Positions 48,678-57,965 of a stretch of 64,000 bases of DNA are shown here, one piece after another. Position 1 is the stretch's first letter. Each line of letters begins with the position of its first letter. This stretch comes from Vulcanimicrobiota bacterium (lineage in GTDB: Bacteria > Vulcanimicrobiota > Vulcanimicrobiia > Eremiobacterales > Eremiobacteraceae): contig CAWETU010000001.1 of NCBI GenBank assembly GCA_963812135.1, positions 1,088,001-1,152,000 of the forward strand, read 5' to 3'. The position numbers were made by a program, and so were the translations under genes. A model generated the notes under the pieces. That model searched no databases. It was not told where the DNA came from and worked only from the letters and a program-made list of their open reading frames with translations.

Positions 48678-51600
48678 TGGACGCGATCGACGACGCGAAG
48701 CTGCAGGCGATCCTCGCAGGCACCGCGCTCCACCTGCCGGGCGAGGGCGCCGATGACGCGCGCATCGTGCGCGCGGAGTGGATCATCGAAGCGGTGCGTC
48801 TTGGGATCGCCGTCGACATCGACAACGCGATCATCGCGGGACCGCTCGATCTCGAGGGCCGTTACATCCCGGCGCCGTTCTCGATCACCCACTCGCGCCT
48901 CGCCGGCATCTCATTGCGCGAGACGCGCTTCCTACAGCCCGCGCGCTTCGACGGAAGTGCGTTCGAAGGACGCGCGGAACTTCAAGGGCTGCGGACTGAG
49001 AGCGATGTCTCGTTCGCAGGCGCGCGCTTCAACACCGATATCGATCTGACGGGCGTCGCGGTCGGCGGCGCGCTCACGCTGACGGGTGTCGCGATCGCGG
49101 GCTCGATGACCGGCGCCGGCGCGCGATTGGTCGGCTCACTGCTCGCGACCGAGCTGAGCGTGCGCGGCGGCATCGCGCTCGATGAGCTGCAGGTCGGCGC
49201 CGATCTGATGCTCGACGGCGCGCGCGTGGACGGCGCCGCGCGTTTCCGCGAATTGTCAGTCATCCGCCATCTGAGCGCGAAGAGCGCGACTTTCAAGGGC
49301 GACCTCAGCCTCGAACGCGCGCAGGTCGGCGGGCAGCTCGACATGAGCGAGGCGACCTGCCGTGGGCGCGTGGTGTTCGCGGCGGCGCGCATCGCCGACG
49401 CGATGCTTGCCGGCGCCGCGGTCTTCGATGGCGACGTGAACTTCGACGCGGCGCAGCTGGGCGAGCTGACGCTGTCCAATATCTCGTTCCGAGGAGCCGT
49501 CTCGCTAAGAGAAGCGCGCGTCGCGCGCCGGTTCGTATGCCTTCAGACGAGTTTCGAGCGCGACGCGACCTTCATCGGGTTCGGCGCCGGCGGCGACGTC
49601 GATCTCGAAGACGCGTCGTTCAAGGGCGCGGCGCAATTCCGCGGCGTCGACATCGGCGGCGCGGTCGGCTTCGAATCCGCGAGCTTCGAGCAAGGCGCCG
49701 ACTTCTCCGAGGCACGCGTGGCCAAAGCGGCCGACTACACGCACGCGGTGTTCCGCGGCCCGGCGCTGTTCTCGAGCGCGCGCATCGGCCGGCTCGATCT
49801 CACCCGCGCGGTTTTCGAGAACGATATCGAGCTCGCCAACGTGCAAGTCGAAGGGCCCGTGTGCTTCGCGTGGACAAATTTCCGCGGCGAAGCGCATTGC
49901 CAGGGTTTGCGAGGCGGTTCCATCGCTGCCGCGCACGCGACGTTCGCGGGCTGCGCCGATCTCTCGGGCGTCGAAAGCGCGGGCGACCTCGACCTCGTTG
50001 GTGTATCCTTCGAAGGGGAGGCGCAATGCGCCAACATGTCGGTAAAGGCCGACCTCATCGCCACCGAATCGCGCTTCGCATCGGATGCGACGTTTGCCGG
50101 CGCGAAGATCGGCGGCACCGCGCGGTTCGAGCGCGCGGCGCATGGCGGGCCGGCGGTGTTCCGAGCGGTGGTGACCGGCGGCGCCTTCAACGCGGCGGGC
50201 GCGACCTTCGCGCGAGGCGTCAATCTCGGCGTGGCGCGTGTCGGCGGAGCGCTCGACTTCAGCGGAGCGCACGTGGCGGGCGAGGCGCAGTTTGGAGCGC
50301 TCACCGTGGGTGCCTTCCTGAACTGCGCCAACGCGGGGTTCGACGGCATCGCGGATCTGCGCTCGGCGCGCGTCGGAGGGACGGCAGCGTTCGTCAAGGC
50401 GGCGTTCGCCGGCAACGCGCTGCTCGACGGGCTTGAGACGCGCGGCGCGCTGGACCTGAGCGGCGCCGCGTTCCACGGCGAGTTGCGGTGCAACGACGTG
50501 ACGATCGGCGGCGCGCTGGCGGCAAGCGCGGCGATGTTTGCCGGGCCGGCGCTGTTCCATCGCGTGAGCGCCTCGCGCCGTGCGACCTTCGAGGGCGCGC
50601 GCTTCTCGCGCGGCGCCGAATTCTCAGGCGCGATCTTCGGCGAGGTGCTCATCGGCGCCACCGCCGCGTTCGGCGAGCGTGCCGACTTCGAAGGGGTGAA
50701 CGTCCGCGCGGACGTGGAGTTCGCGAACGCGACGTTTGCCGGCGATGCCCGATTCGACGCGATGCACGCCGGCGGACATGCCGATCTGTCAGGCTGCTCG
50801 TTCGGGCAGCGCGCGATCTTCGACGGCGCCGACGTTGGCGCGGATCTCTCGTTCGAGCGCGCCGCTTTCGCGGCTGAAGCGCGGTTCGTCGGCGCGCGCG
50901 TCGGCGGGCAAGCGATTTTCAGCGACGCGACGTTCGGCGCGCCGGTGGACTTGCGATGGATGCATTTCCGGCGCCTTGAGCTCGGCGAGCGAGCGACCGA
51001 GGTCGCTCGCGCTCCCAAGCCCGTCGGCCGATCCAACGGCGAGCTGGCGCAGGCGCCTGCGGCCCCCCGGTCACGCGATCGTGGGATCACGCTCGACTTG
51101 CGCGGCGGACATTTCACCGTCTTGCAATCCGCGGCGCACGCGCCGGATGAGAACGCCTTCCCCGCTAAACGCCTGGACAAGCCGGCTCGCGGTCAGTCGC
51201 AATCCGGCCGCGCGAATTCGCGCATGAGCACCGATGCGTTCTATCTGCGCCGCACGCTCGAGGGCGACGCGATCGATCCGCGACGCTATCCCGTTTTGTC
51301 GGCCGCGTTCTGGGCCGAGCTGCTGCGTTTGGTGGGCGACCGCACGGCGCGCACGATCACCGGCTATGGCGTACGGCCATGGCGTATGGCGTGGTGGCTG
51401 GTCATGCCTATTCTGCTCGCGACGCTTTTCTTCGTGGCTATTCCAGGCATGACCGTAGCGCCGCCGTCGATGAATCCGACGCCAGGCGCGTGCGACGCGC
51501 GACCGCCGGCGCTTGACGCGGCGGCGTTGAGCCTCGCTGTGTTCGCCTCGCTCGATCCAGCGCCGCTCACGGCGTGGCGCGTGTCGGCGTGCTCGATCGG

Positions 51601-51724
51601 CGGTTCGCCGGTGACATCGTGGGATGTCGCCAACTCGGAGCACATCATCGGATGGTTCTTGATCCCGCTCGCGCTGTTGACGTTCACCGGCGTGCTGCGC
51701 CGGCTCCTCGGTTATCGTTCGTAG
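48677..51724 (+). CDS. Large pentapeptide-repeat protein with C-terminal membrane region
   Basis: About 700 aa of AxFxGxAxF-type repeats, then TGYGVRPWR, TM helix and terminal TM helix. Confidence 0.85.
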   Translation: MDAIDDAKLQAILAGTALHLPGEGADDARIVRAEWIIEAVRLGIAVDIDNAIIAGPLDLEGRYIPAPFSITHSRLAGISLRETRFLQPARFDGSAFEGRAELQGLRTESDVSFAGARFNTDIDLTGVAVGGALTLTGVAIAGSMTGAGARLVGSLLATELSVRGGIALDELQVGADLMLDGARVDGAARFRELSVIRHLSAKSATFKGDLSLERAQVGGQLDMSEATCRGRVVFAAARIADAMLAGAAVFDGDVNFDAAQLGELTLSNISFRGAVSLREARVARRFVCLQTSFERDATFIGFGAGGDVDLEDASFKGAAQFRGVDIGGAVGFESASFEQGADFSEARVAKAADYTHAVFRGPALFSSARIGRLDLTRAVFENDIELANVQVEGPVCFAWTNFRGEAHCQGLRGGSIAAAHATFAGCADLSGVESAGDLDLVGVSFEGEAQCANMSVKADLIATESRFASDATFAGAKIGGTARFERAAHGGPAVFRAVVTGGAFNAAGATFARGVNLGVARVGGALDFSGAHVAGEAQFGALTVGAFLNCANAGFDGIADLRSARVGGTAAFVKAAFAGNALLDGLETRGALDLSGAAFHGELRCNDVTIGGALAASAAMFAGPALFHRVSASRRATFEGARFSRGAEFSGAIFGEVLIGATAAFGERADFEGVNVRADVEFANATFAGDARFDAMHAGGHADLSGCSFGQRAIFDGADVGADLSFERAAFAAEARFVGARVGGQAIFSDATFGAPVDLRWMHFRRLELGERATEVARAPKPVGRSNGELAQAPAAPRSRDRGITLDLRGGHFTVLQSAAHAPDENAFPAKRLDKPARGQSQSGRANSRMSTDAFYLRRTLEGDAIDPRRYPVLSAAFWAELLRLVGDRTARTITGYGVRPWRMAWWLVMPILLATLFFVAIPGMTVAPPSMNPTPGACDARPPALDAAALSLAVFASLDPAPLTAWRVSACSIGGSPVTSWDVANSEHIIGWFLIPLALLTFTGVLRRLLGYRS

Positions 51725-51730
51725 CGCGTC

Positions 51731-52372
51731 TTAGATAAGGCCCCGGCGCAAGGCGATCACCGCGGCGTGGGTCCGATCCGACGCTGACAGTTTCTCCATA
51801 AGATCGCGGATGTGTCCCTTGACCGTGCCTAACCCGATGCCGAGCTGTTGCGCGATGTCGGCATTGCTCGTGCCGCCCGCGATCAGCTGGAGTATCTCGG
51901 TCTCTCGCGGCGACAGCGGCGAGCCGGCCGCCGATGCGGCCACTTCAGGGTGATTGAACGCGCGCAGCACGACGTGCGCGATGCCGGGATCGAAATACGC
52001 GCCGCCCGACGCGGCGGCTTTCACCGCATCGACGATGCGTTCCGGATCGGCCGACTTGAGGCAGTACGCGTCCGCGCCGGCCGCGAGCGTCGCGATGACC
52101 TCATCTTCCATATCGTGCATCGTGAGGATCAGCACTTTCGTCTTCGGCAGATCGCGCCGGATGCGGCGCGTCAGCTCGATGCCGTCGATGCCGGGCAGAC
52201 CGATGTCGACGACCGCCACATCGGGTTTGAGACGCAGCGCTTCTTCTAGTCCAGCTTCGCCGTCGCTCGCCTCGCCGACGACTTCGAGCGATGCGTTGCA
52301 ATCCAACGCGGTACGCAATCCCGTGCGCGTCAGCGCGTGGTCTTCGACGATGAGAACCTTGATCTTAGCCAT
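51731..52372 (-). CDS. NarL/FixJ family response regulator
   Basis: IVEDH, VDIGLPG receiver domain; LSPRETEIL LuxR HTH. Confidence 0.95.
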   Translation of the reverse strand: MAKIKVLIVEDHALTRTGLRTALDCNASLEVVGEASDGEAGLEEALRLKPDVAVVDIGLPGIDGIELTRRIRRDLPKTKVLILTMHDMEDEVIATLAAGADAYCLKSADPERIVDAVKAAASGGAYFDPGIAHVVLRAFNHPEVAASAAGSPLSPRETEILQLIAGGTSNADIAQQLGIGLGTVKGHIRDLMEKLSASDRTHAAVIALRRGLI

Positions 52373-53957
52373 GCGGCGCCTGCACGGGAGCGGCTGCGAG
52401 CGGCAGGCTCAGCGTGAACACGCTGCCACGTGGCGACGATGGCGCGTATGAGATCGAGCCGCCGTGACTCTCGGCGATGCGGCGCACGATGTACAGGCCA
52501 AGTCCCGTGCCGCCGCCGCGGCGCGCGGTACCGTCACCGTGAAAGCGTTGGAACAGCGTCGCGCGCTCGCTCTCCGGCACGCCGAAACCGTCGTCCTTGA
52601 CGGCGACGACCGCTTCGCCGGCTCGTTCCTCGACCTGCACGAGAATCGTGCCGCCCTCGGGCGTCCATGTGACGGCGTTGGCGATCAGGTTGATCAGCGC
52701 GCGGCGCACTTCGCTCTCGTCGACAAGGCCGAAGGCGCCTTCGCCCTCGACGCGGCACTCGATCTGCCGCGAGCGCCACAGCGACTCAAGTTCGGCCACG
52801 ACGGAGCGGGCGAGCTTGGCGAGATCCGTCGGCCGGCGCTGCTTCGATTCTTCGCGCGATTCGTAACGCGCGACGAGCAGCAACGTTTGCGCGAGCCGTT
52901 CGAGCTCTTCATTCGAGCCCAGCGAACGACGCAACACTTCGACGTACTCCGCCGGCAGGCGGCCGTAGGCGCCCGACAGTGCTTGGCGCATCGTCATGCC
53001 GGCTGCCATCAACGGCGTGCGCAAATCGTGCGAGAGCGCATAGACGATGTCGCGGATGACCTGATTGCGTTCCACGAGTTCGGCGTTGGCCGACTGCACT
53101 TGATCGTTGGTGGACGCGAGCGCCTCGACCAGCCGCGCTTGTTCGATCGCGCGCGCGCCTTGATCGGCAAAGGCCTGGACGAGCGTCTCCAGTTCGCGAT
53201 CGAATTCGCGATCGCGGTCGCGCCATTCGACGAGCAGCACTGCGACCGGCTCCGACCCGGAACCGAGCGGTGCGATAAGCGCCGCCTGCGCGCCGATGTT
53301 TCCGAGCGTGAAACGCGCCAGCGCGTCGGCTTGATTCAAGAACACGATATTGCGATCGTCGAACGCTTTCTGCAGCGCCGTCGACACACCAGGCCCCGGA
53401 CGCTCCGTGCGCGTCTCGACGTCGCCGGACCCACGCGTCACCGCGAACGACGCGCCCGTCAGGCGGCCGCCCTCGACCGGGAACAGCGTCGCAGCATCGC
53501 TGTCGAGCAGCGCGATCGCCTGGCGGACCACTTCACGCCACACCAGCTCGAGGCTGAGCGATTCGCGCATCCGCTCGCCCGCCCGGCGCAACGCGTTCGC
53601 GCGCTTGGCGATCTGGTCGCGCGTCGCCGACTCGCCGGCAAGGCGCGCCGCGCCTTGCGTCGCGACTGCCAGTCCGCCGACGAGCACCGTCGAAAGACCG
53701 GCGAGCACCCGGTCGAGCGTTGCGATCGGATCGTAGTGCCCTTCGTGCAGGCCGTTGTACCAGCCAGCGACAGCGTTAAGGACGAGGCACAGGCCGACCA
53801 TGCCCCACGTGAAGCGCCGGTTGAGCGCCAACGCCGTCAGCGCGACCGGTGCATCGAACAAGATCGCCGCCACGAAGAGCTGCGGCGTGAACAAGTCGAT
53901 GACAAAGGCTGCCAACACCAGCGCGAAACACGCATAAGGTATCCAAGAACGTGGCAC
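52365..53957 (-). CDS. Membrane sensor histidine kinase with GAF domain (start uncertain, up to 54083)
   Basis: N-terminal TMs, GAF-like region, SHDLRTPL, NLIANA, DDGFG, GTGLGL. Confidence 0.92.
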   Translation of the reverse strand: MPRSWIPYACFALVLAAFVIDLFTPQLFVAAILFDAPVALTALALNRRFTWGMVGLCLVLNAVAGWYNGLHEGHYDPIATLDRVLAGLSTVLVGGLAVATQGAARLAGESATRDQIAKRANALRRAGERMRESLSLELVWREVVRQAIALLDSDAATLFPVEGGRLTGASFAVTRGSGDVETRTERPGPGVSTALQKAFDDRNIVFLNQADALARFTLGNIGAQAALIAPLGSGSEPVAVLLVEWRDRDREFDRELETLVQAFADQGARAIEQARLVEALASTNDQVQSANAELVERNQVIRDIVYALSHDLRTPLMAAGMTMRQALSGAYGRLPAEYVEVLRRSLGSNEELERLAQTLLLVARYESREESKQRRPTDLAKLARSVVAELESLWRSRQIECRVEGEGAFGLVDESEVRRALINLIANAVTWTPEGGTILVQVEERAGEAVVAVKDDGFGVPESERATLFQRFHGDGTARRGGGTGLGLYIVRRIAESHGGSISYAPSSPRGSVFTLSLPLAAAPVQAPHG

Positions 53958-54030
53958 ATGCCCGGCTTCGGTGGAGGGCGGTTCGACCCATGCGCATGGA
54001 CGGCGTTTAGCGAGCGCGAACACGCCAAAC

Positions 54031-56154
54031 GTGGATGCCATAGACTCGCGCGCTAAAACCGCCGCCGCCCTCCTGTCCGACATCGGCGAAGGACCGCGCC
54101 TCCGGGTCTATCTCGGCATCGCACCGGGCGCCGGTAAGACGCGCCGGATGCTCGAGGACGCGCTCGCGTTGAAAAAGAGCGGGCGGCGCGTCTACATCGG
54201 GGCTCTTGAGACCAAGGGCCGGCCCGACCTCACCGAGCTCGCGGCGTCGCTGCCGCGCATCCCGCCGCGTCAAGTCAACATGTCCGGCTCGACGTTCGAA
54301 GAGTTCGATTTCGATGCAGCGCTCGCAGCGAAGCCGGACATCGTCGTGCTCGACGAGCTCGCGCATTCGAACCTTCCCGGATCGCGACACGCGAAGCGCT
54401 GGCAAGACGCTGCGACGCTGATCAAAAACGGCATCGGCGTGCTTGGGGCGGTCAACGTGCAGCACATCGAATCGGTTGCGCCGACCGCGGAGCGCATCAT
54501 CGGTTTCCCAGTCCGGGAAATCGTGCCGATGTCGTTCGTCAAAGACGTGGATCAACTGGTCGCCGTCGACGTATCTCCGGACCAGTTGCAAGCGCGGCTG
54601 CGTGAAGGCAAGATCGTGAGGAAGGAAGACATCGACCGAGCGCTCGCCGGACCATTCCGGCTTGCCGCCCTCACATCGATGCGCGAACTGATGCTGCGCC
54701 TGGTCGATGACTTCACGATTCCCGAAGTGGCTCCGACGCGCGTGTCAACCGTCGTCGCCTTGCTCACCGACGGCGTCGACGCGAATGCGTACTTGAGGCG
54801 CGTCGCAGCGATCGGTTCCGTTTTCGATCTGATCGTCGAGGTCGCGTGCGAACCGGACATGAACCGCGACGTCTGCGAAGCGGCGACTGCGAAATGCGGC
54901 GCAAAGAGCGTCGCGTGGCCCTCCGGTGGTGCGACGCCGCAGGTCGAGTCGCTCTCCGGCGCATTGATCGCGATGCCGCATGGCGATCTCGCCCGCACGC
55001 TGTTGAGCCGCGGCGTCGACCGCGACATCCTCGTCGCGAGCGATCGGCCGTTGGCGAACAGCGGCAGCGCGGCGAACGAGGCAGCGCCCAGCGCGCAACG
55101 CGGCGAGAACAAGTTGCGCAGTGCGTACGGCCGGCTCACGATCTATCTCGGATCTGCCGCGGGCAGCGGGAAGACCTACGCGATGCTCGATCGCGCCCAT
55201 CAGCTTAAAGACGCGGGCATCGACGTCGTGGTCGGCTACGTCGAGACGCACAAACGCGCCGAGACGGCGCGCAAGCTCGAAGGCCTCGAAGTGGTGCCGC
55301 GCAAGCTCAGCATCTTCAACGGCATCGAGTACGAAGAGATGGATCGGGCCGCGATCATCGCTCGCCATCCGCAGGTCGCGCTCGTCGACGAACTCGCGCA
55401 TACGAACGCGCCGGGCAGCATTTCCACGAAGCGCTATATGGACGTGTTCGCGCTGCAAGCGGCCGGCATCTCCGTGCTGACGACGCTCAACATCCAGCAT
55501 CTCGAAGGACTCGGCGATTCCGTGACTCGGCTGACGGGCGTCACGGTGCGCGAGACGGTGCCCGATTGGATCCTCGAGATGGCGGACGACCTCATCCTGA
55601 TCGACGTCTCACCGGAGATCCTGCGCGAGCGCCTTCGCGCCGGCTTCATCTATCCGACCAATCGCATCGAAGCGTCGTTGTCGAACTTCTTCCGGACGGA
55701 GAATCTCGCGGCGCTGCGCGAACTCGCCTTGCGCGAGACGCTGCGCACGCGGACATTGGAACCGAAACCGTCGCCGGTCGACGCGCTCGTGCTCGGGGTG
55801 GGGCCGCGCCAGCGCGACGTGAAGCTCATCTTACGCGGCGCGAAACTGCAGGCCCGGCTCGACGCGGAGTACACCGTTGTGCACATCCAGGAGAAGGGAC
55901 GAGTGACACCACCAGCCGTGCTGGCCGATCTCAAGGCCGCGGCGGAGGCGGTGCAGGCGCGTTGGATCTATGCGAGTGCGGCCGATGCCGCCAAAGCGAT
56001 CGTGCCGCTCGCCCGCGAGCGCAACGCACTGCTGGCCGTCGAAGGTGCGCGCGCCACGCCGCGCTGGCCGCGCGGCCCGACGTTTGCGCGGCGCGTGCTC
56101 GAAGCCGGAGCGCGTGAGCTGCTCGTGCTCGCGCCGCCGCCGAGCGCGTCTTAG
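54031..56154 (+). CDS. Soluble protein with two tandem KdpD N-terminal sensor domains, each followed by a USP-like region; no TM or kinase domain
   Basis: YLGIAPGAGKT...DELAHSN...NVQHIES and YLGSAAGSGKT...DELAHTN...NIQHLEG. Confidence 0.9.
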   Translation: MDAIDSRAKTAAALLSDIGEGPRLRVYLGIAPGAGKTRRMLEDALALKKSGRRVYIGALETKGRPDLTELAASLPRIPPRQVNMSGSTFEEFDFDAALAAKPDIVVLDELAHSNLPGSRHAKRWQDAATLIKNGIGVLGAVNVQHIESVAPTAERIIGFPVREIVPMSFVKDVDQLVAVDVSPDQLQARLREGKIVRKEDIDRALAGPFRLAALTSMRELMLRLVDDFTIPEVAPTRVSTVVALLTDGVDANAYLRRVAAIGSVFDLIVEVACEPDMNRDVCEAATAKCGAKSVAWPSGGATPQVESLSGALIAMPHGDLARTLLSRGVDRDILVASDRPLANSGSAANEAAPSAQRGENKLRSAYGRLTIYLGSAAGSGKTYAMLDRAHQLKDAGIDVVVGYVETHKRAETARKLEGLEVVPRKLSIFNGIEYEEMDRAAIIARHPQVALVDELAHTNAPGSISTKRYMDVFALQAAGISVLTTLNIQHLEGLGDSVTRLTGVTVRETVPDWILEMADDLILIDVSPEILRERLRAGFIYPTNRIEASLSNFFRTENLAALRELALRETLRTRTLEPKPSPVDALVLGVGPRQRDVKLILRGAKLQARLDAEYTVVHIQEKGRVTPPAVLADLKAAAEAVQARWIYASAADAAKAIVPLARERNALLAVEGARATPRWPRGPTFARRVLEAGARELLVLAPPPSAS

Positions 56155-57344
56155 AGCTGCACGCCGGCCTCGACAGCCGTGCGGAACTGGCTCGCGCTGG
56201 TGCCGAACGTCAGTCCAGGCGTGTAGTAGCCCGGCCACGCGTCCGAAAAGTCGACCCGCGCGAACACCGGTCCATTCTTCCATTCGGGCGTGAGCGTCAG
56301 CGTGTTGACGCCGCTGCCTGGACCGTAGCCGACGAGGTCAGCGTTCAGGCTGGTGGCACCTGGCATGCTCGAGTTGTGCAACGTCTCATAGCGCAGCGCC
56401 GTCGACCACTTGCTCGAAAAGCTCATCTGGGCGAGCAGCGCTGCGCCAAACGCACTTTCAGAGCTCGTATATCCGAGGCCCGGTGCTGCCGGGGAGTTGG
56501 CCCACAGGACATACGGCGCGATCTGCAGCTTCCCGAGCGTGCGCGTATAGACGAGATTGAATAGCTGCTTGTTCGCGACCGATGCGGTCGGGTTCGGTGG
56601 CGTCTGTGCGTTGGGCAGGAGCGCGACGAACAATAACGACTCGTTCGAATCGGGCACGTAGTTGAGCGCGCCCTCCGCCGCCACCCAGCTCCCCGAATAG
56701 AAGCCATCGTTCGCGCCGGCGGTCACGGTGAGTTTGCCAGTCGTGAAGTTCGCGCGCACGCCGCGGCTCACCGCGTTCTCGACATTCCACACGGCGCCGC
56801 GCTGAATGTTCCAGTCCTCGTACGTGAAGGTGGATTCCGCGCCGGTCAGCGTCGCGAGGACGCCGGCGCTGACGTTGAAGTTCGAGCTCGGCACGTACTC
56901 GAGATATGCCAGCGGTACCGGTCCGTACAGGCCGGTGTTCGCGTTGCTCGCGATCGTTTTATTACCCGCGAAGCCGACCACCGGAATGCTGTATGCGCCT
57001 GCCTGCAGCGCGTACTGCAGCGTCCCTTGGGTCTTCGTCAAGATGGCGAACGCATTGCTGACGTTGAAACGCGATGCGACGTCGGCACCGCTCGGCGTGT
57101 CGAAGCTGCCCGTCACGTTGACGCCGCTGGTGAAGATCTCCGTTGCGCTGAACACACCGTGCAGTTGGACGGCTGGAGAGGGTGATGGCGAAGGCGTAGG
57201 CGCGGGTGTGGGTGTGGGCGGCGGCGTTGCCGAGTAGTGGATCGGCGACGGGCTGGCGGCTGGGGCCGCCGGTTGGTCCGCAAGTGCGAGCGCCGGGAAG
57301 GCGGCGCCTGCGATGGTCGCTGCCAGGAGGGTCAGGATGCGCAT
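56151..57344 (-). CDS. Outer-membrane beta-barrel/porin encoded after kdpC
   Basis: Signal peptide, PT linker, amphipathic strands, TLTLTPEW, C-terminal AGVQL. Confidence 0.75.
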   Translation of the reverse strand: MRILTLLAATIAGAAFPALALADQPAAPAASPSPIHYSATPPPTPTPAPTPSPSPSPAVQLHGVFSATEIFTSGVNVTGSFDTPSGADVASRFNVSNAFAILTKTQGTLQYALQAGAYSIPVVGFAGNKTIASNANTGLYGPVPLAYLEYVPSSNFNVSAGVLATLTGAESTFTYEDWNIQRGAVWNVENAVSRGVRANFTTGKLTVTAGANDGFYSGSWVAAEGALNYVPDSNESLLFVALLPNAQTPPNPTASVANKQLFNLVYTRTLGKLQIAPYVLWANSPAAPGLGYTSSESAFGAALLAQMSFSSKWSTALRYETLHNSSMPGATSLNADLVGYGPGSGVNTLTLTPEWKNGPVFARVDFSDAWPGYYTPGLTFGTSASQFRTAVEAGVQL

Positions 57345-57352
57345 TATTCGAG

Positions 57353-57952
57353 CTATCGCTTTCCAGCGTCGAGCGCCAGGTTGAGTTCTAGGACGTTGAC
57401 GCGCGGCTCGCCCAGAAATCCGAGCGTGCGCGGCTGCACGTGCTGGTCGATGATGGCGCGGACTTGCGCCAGCGTCATGCCGCGCGCGGCCGCCACGCGC
57501 GGCGCTTCGTAATATGCCGCGTCTGGACTGATGTCCGGATCGATGCCGCTCGCGCTCGAGGTCACGAGGTCCATCGGGATCGGACCCGTGGCTTGAGGGT
57601 TCTCCTTGCGCAGCGCGACGATCGCCGCTCTAGTCGAATCGATGAGCTTCTTGGACGTCGGTGCGAGGTTGGTCGCGCCGGTCGACGTCGGGTCGTAGCC
57701 CTTGCCCGCAGCAGACGGTCGACCGTGGAAATATTGTGGTTTAGTCCACAGCTGCCCAATGATGGACGATGCGACCGGCTTGCCGTTGACGTACACAAAC
57801 GACCCGTTGGCTTGGTTGTGGAAGAGCAGCTGCGCGACGACCGTCATGACGAGAGGATACACGAGCCCGAGCAACACGACGCTGAGGGCCGTGTAGATCA
57901 AAGCGGTGAGCAGATGGCTCGCGGTGTTGTCTTTGATTTCTTGCGCGTTCAT
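57353..57952 (-). CDS. kdpC: K+-transporting ATPase subunit C
   Basis: QANGS, YFHGRPSA, DLVTSSASGIDPDIS, PRVNVLELNLALD. Confidence 0.97.
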   Translation of the reverse strand: MNAQEIKDNTASHLLTALIYTALSVVLLGLVYPLVMTVVAQLLFHNQANGSFVYVNGKPVASSIIGQLWTKPQYFHGRPSAAGKGYDPTSTGATNLAPTSKKLIDSTRAAIVALRKENPQATGPIPMDLVTSSASGIDPDISPDAAYYEAPRVAAARGMTLAQVRAIIDQHVQPRTLGFLGEPRVNVLELNLALDAGKR

Positions 57953-57965
57953 CGTCGTACGATCC

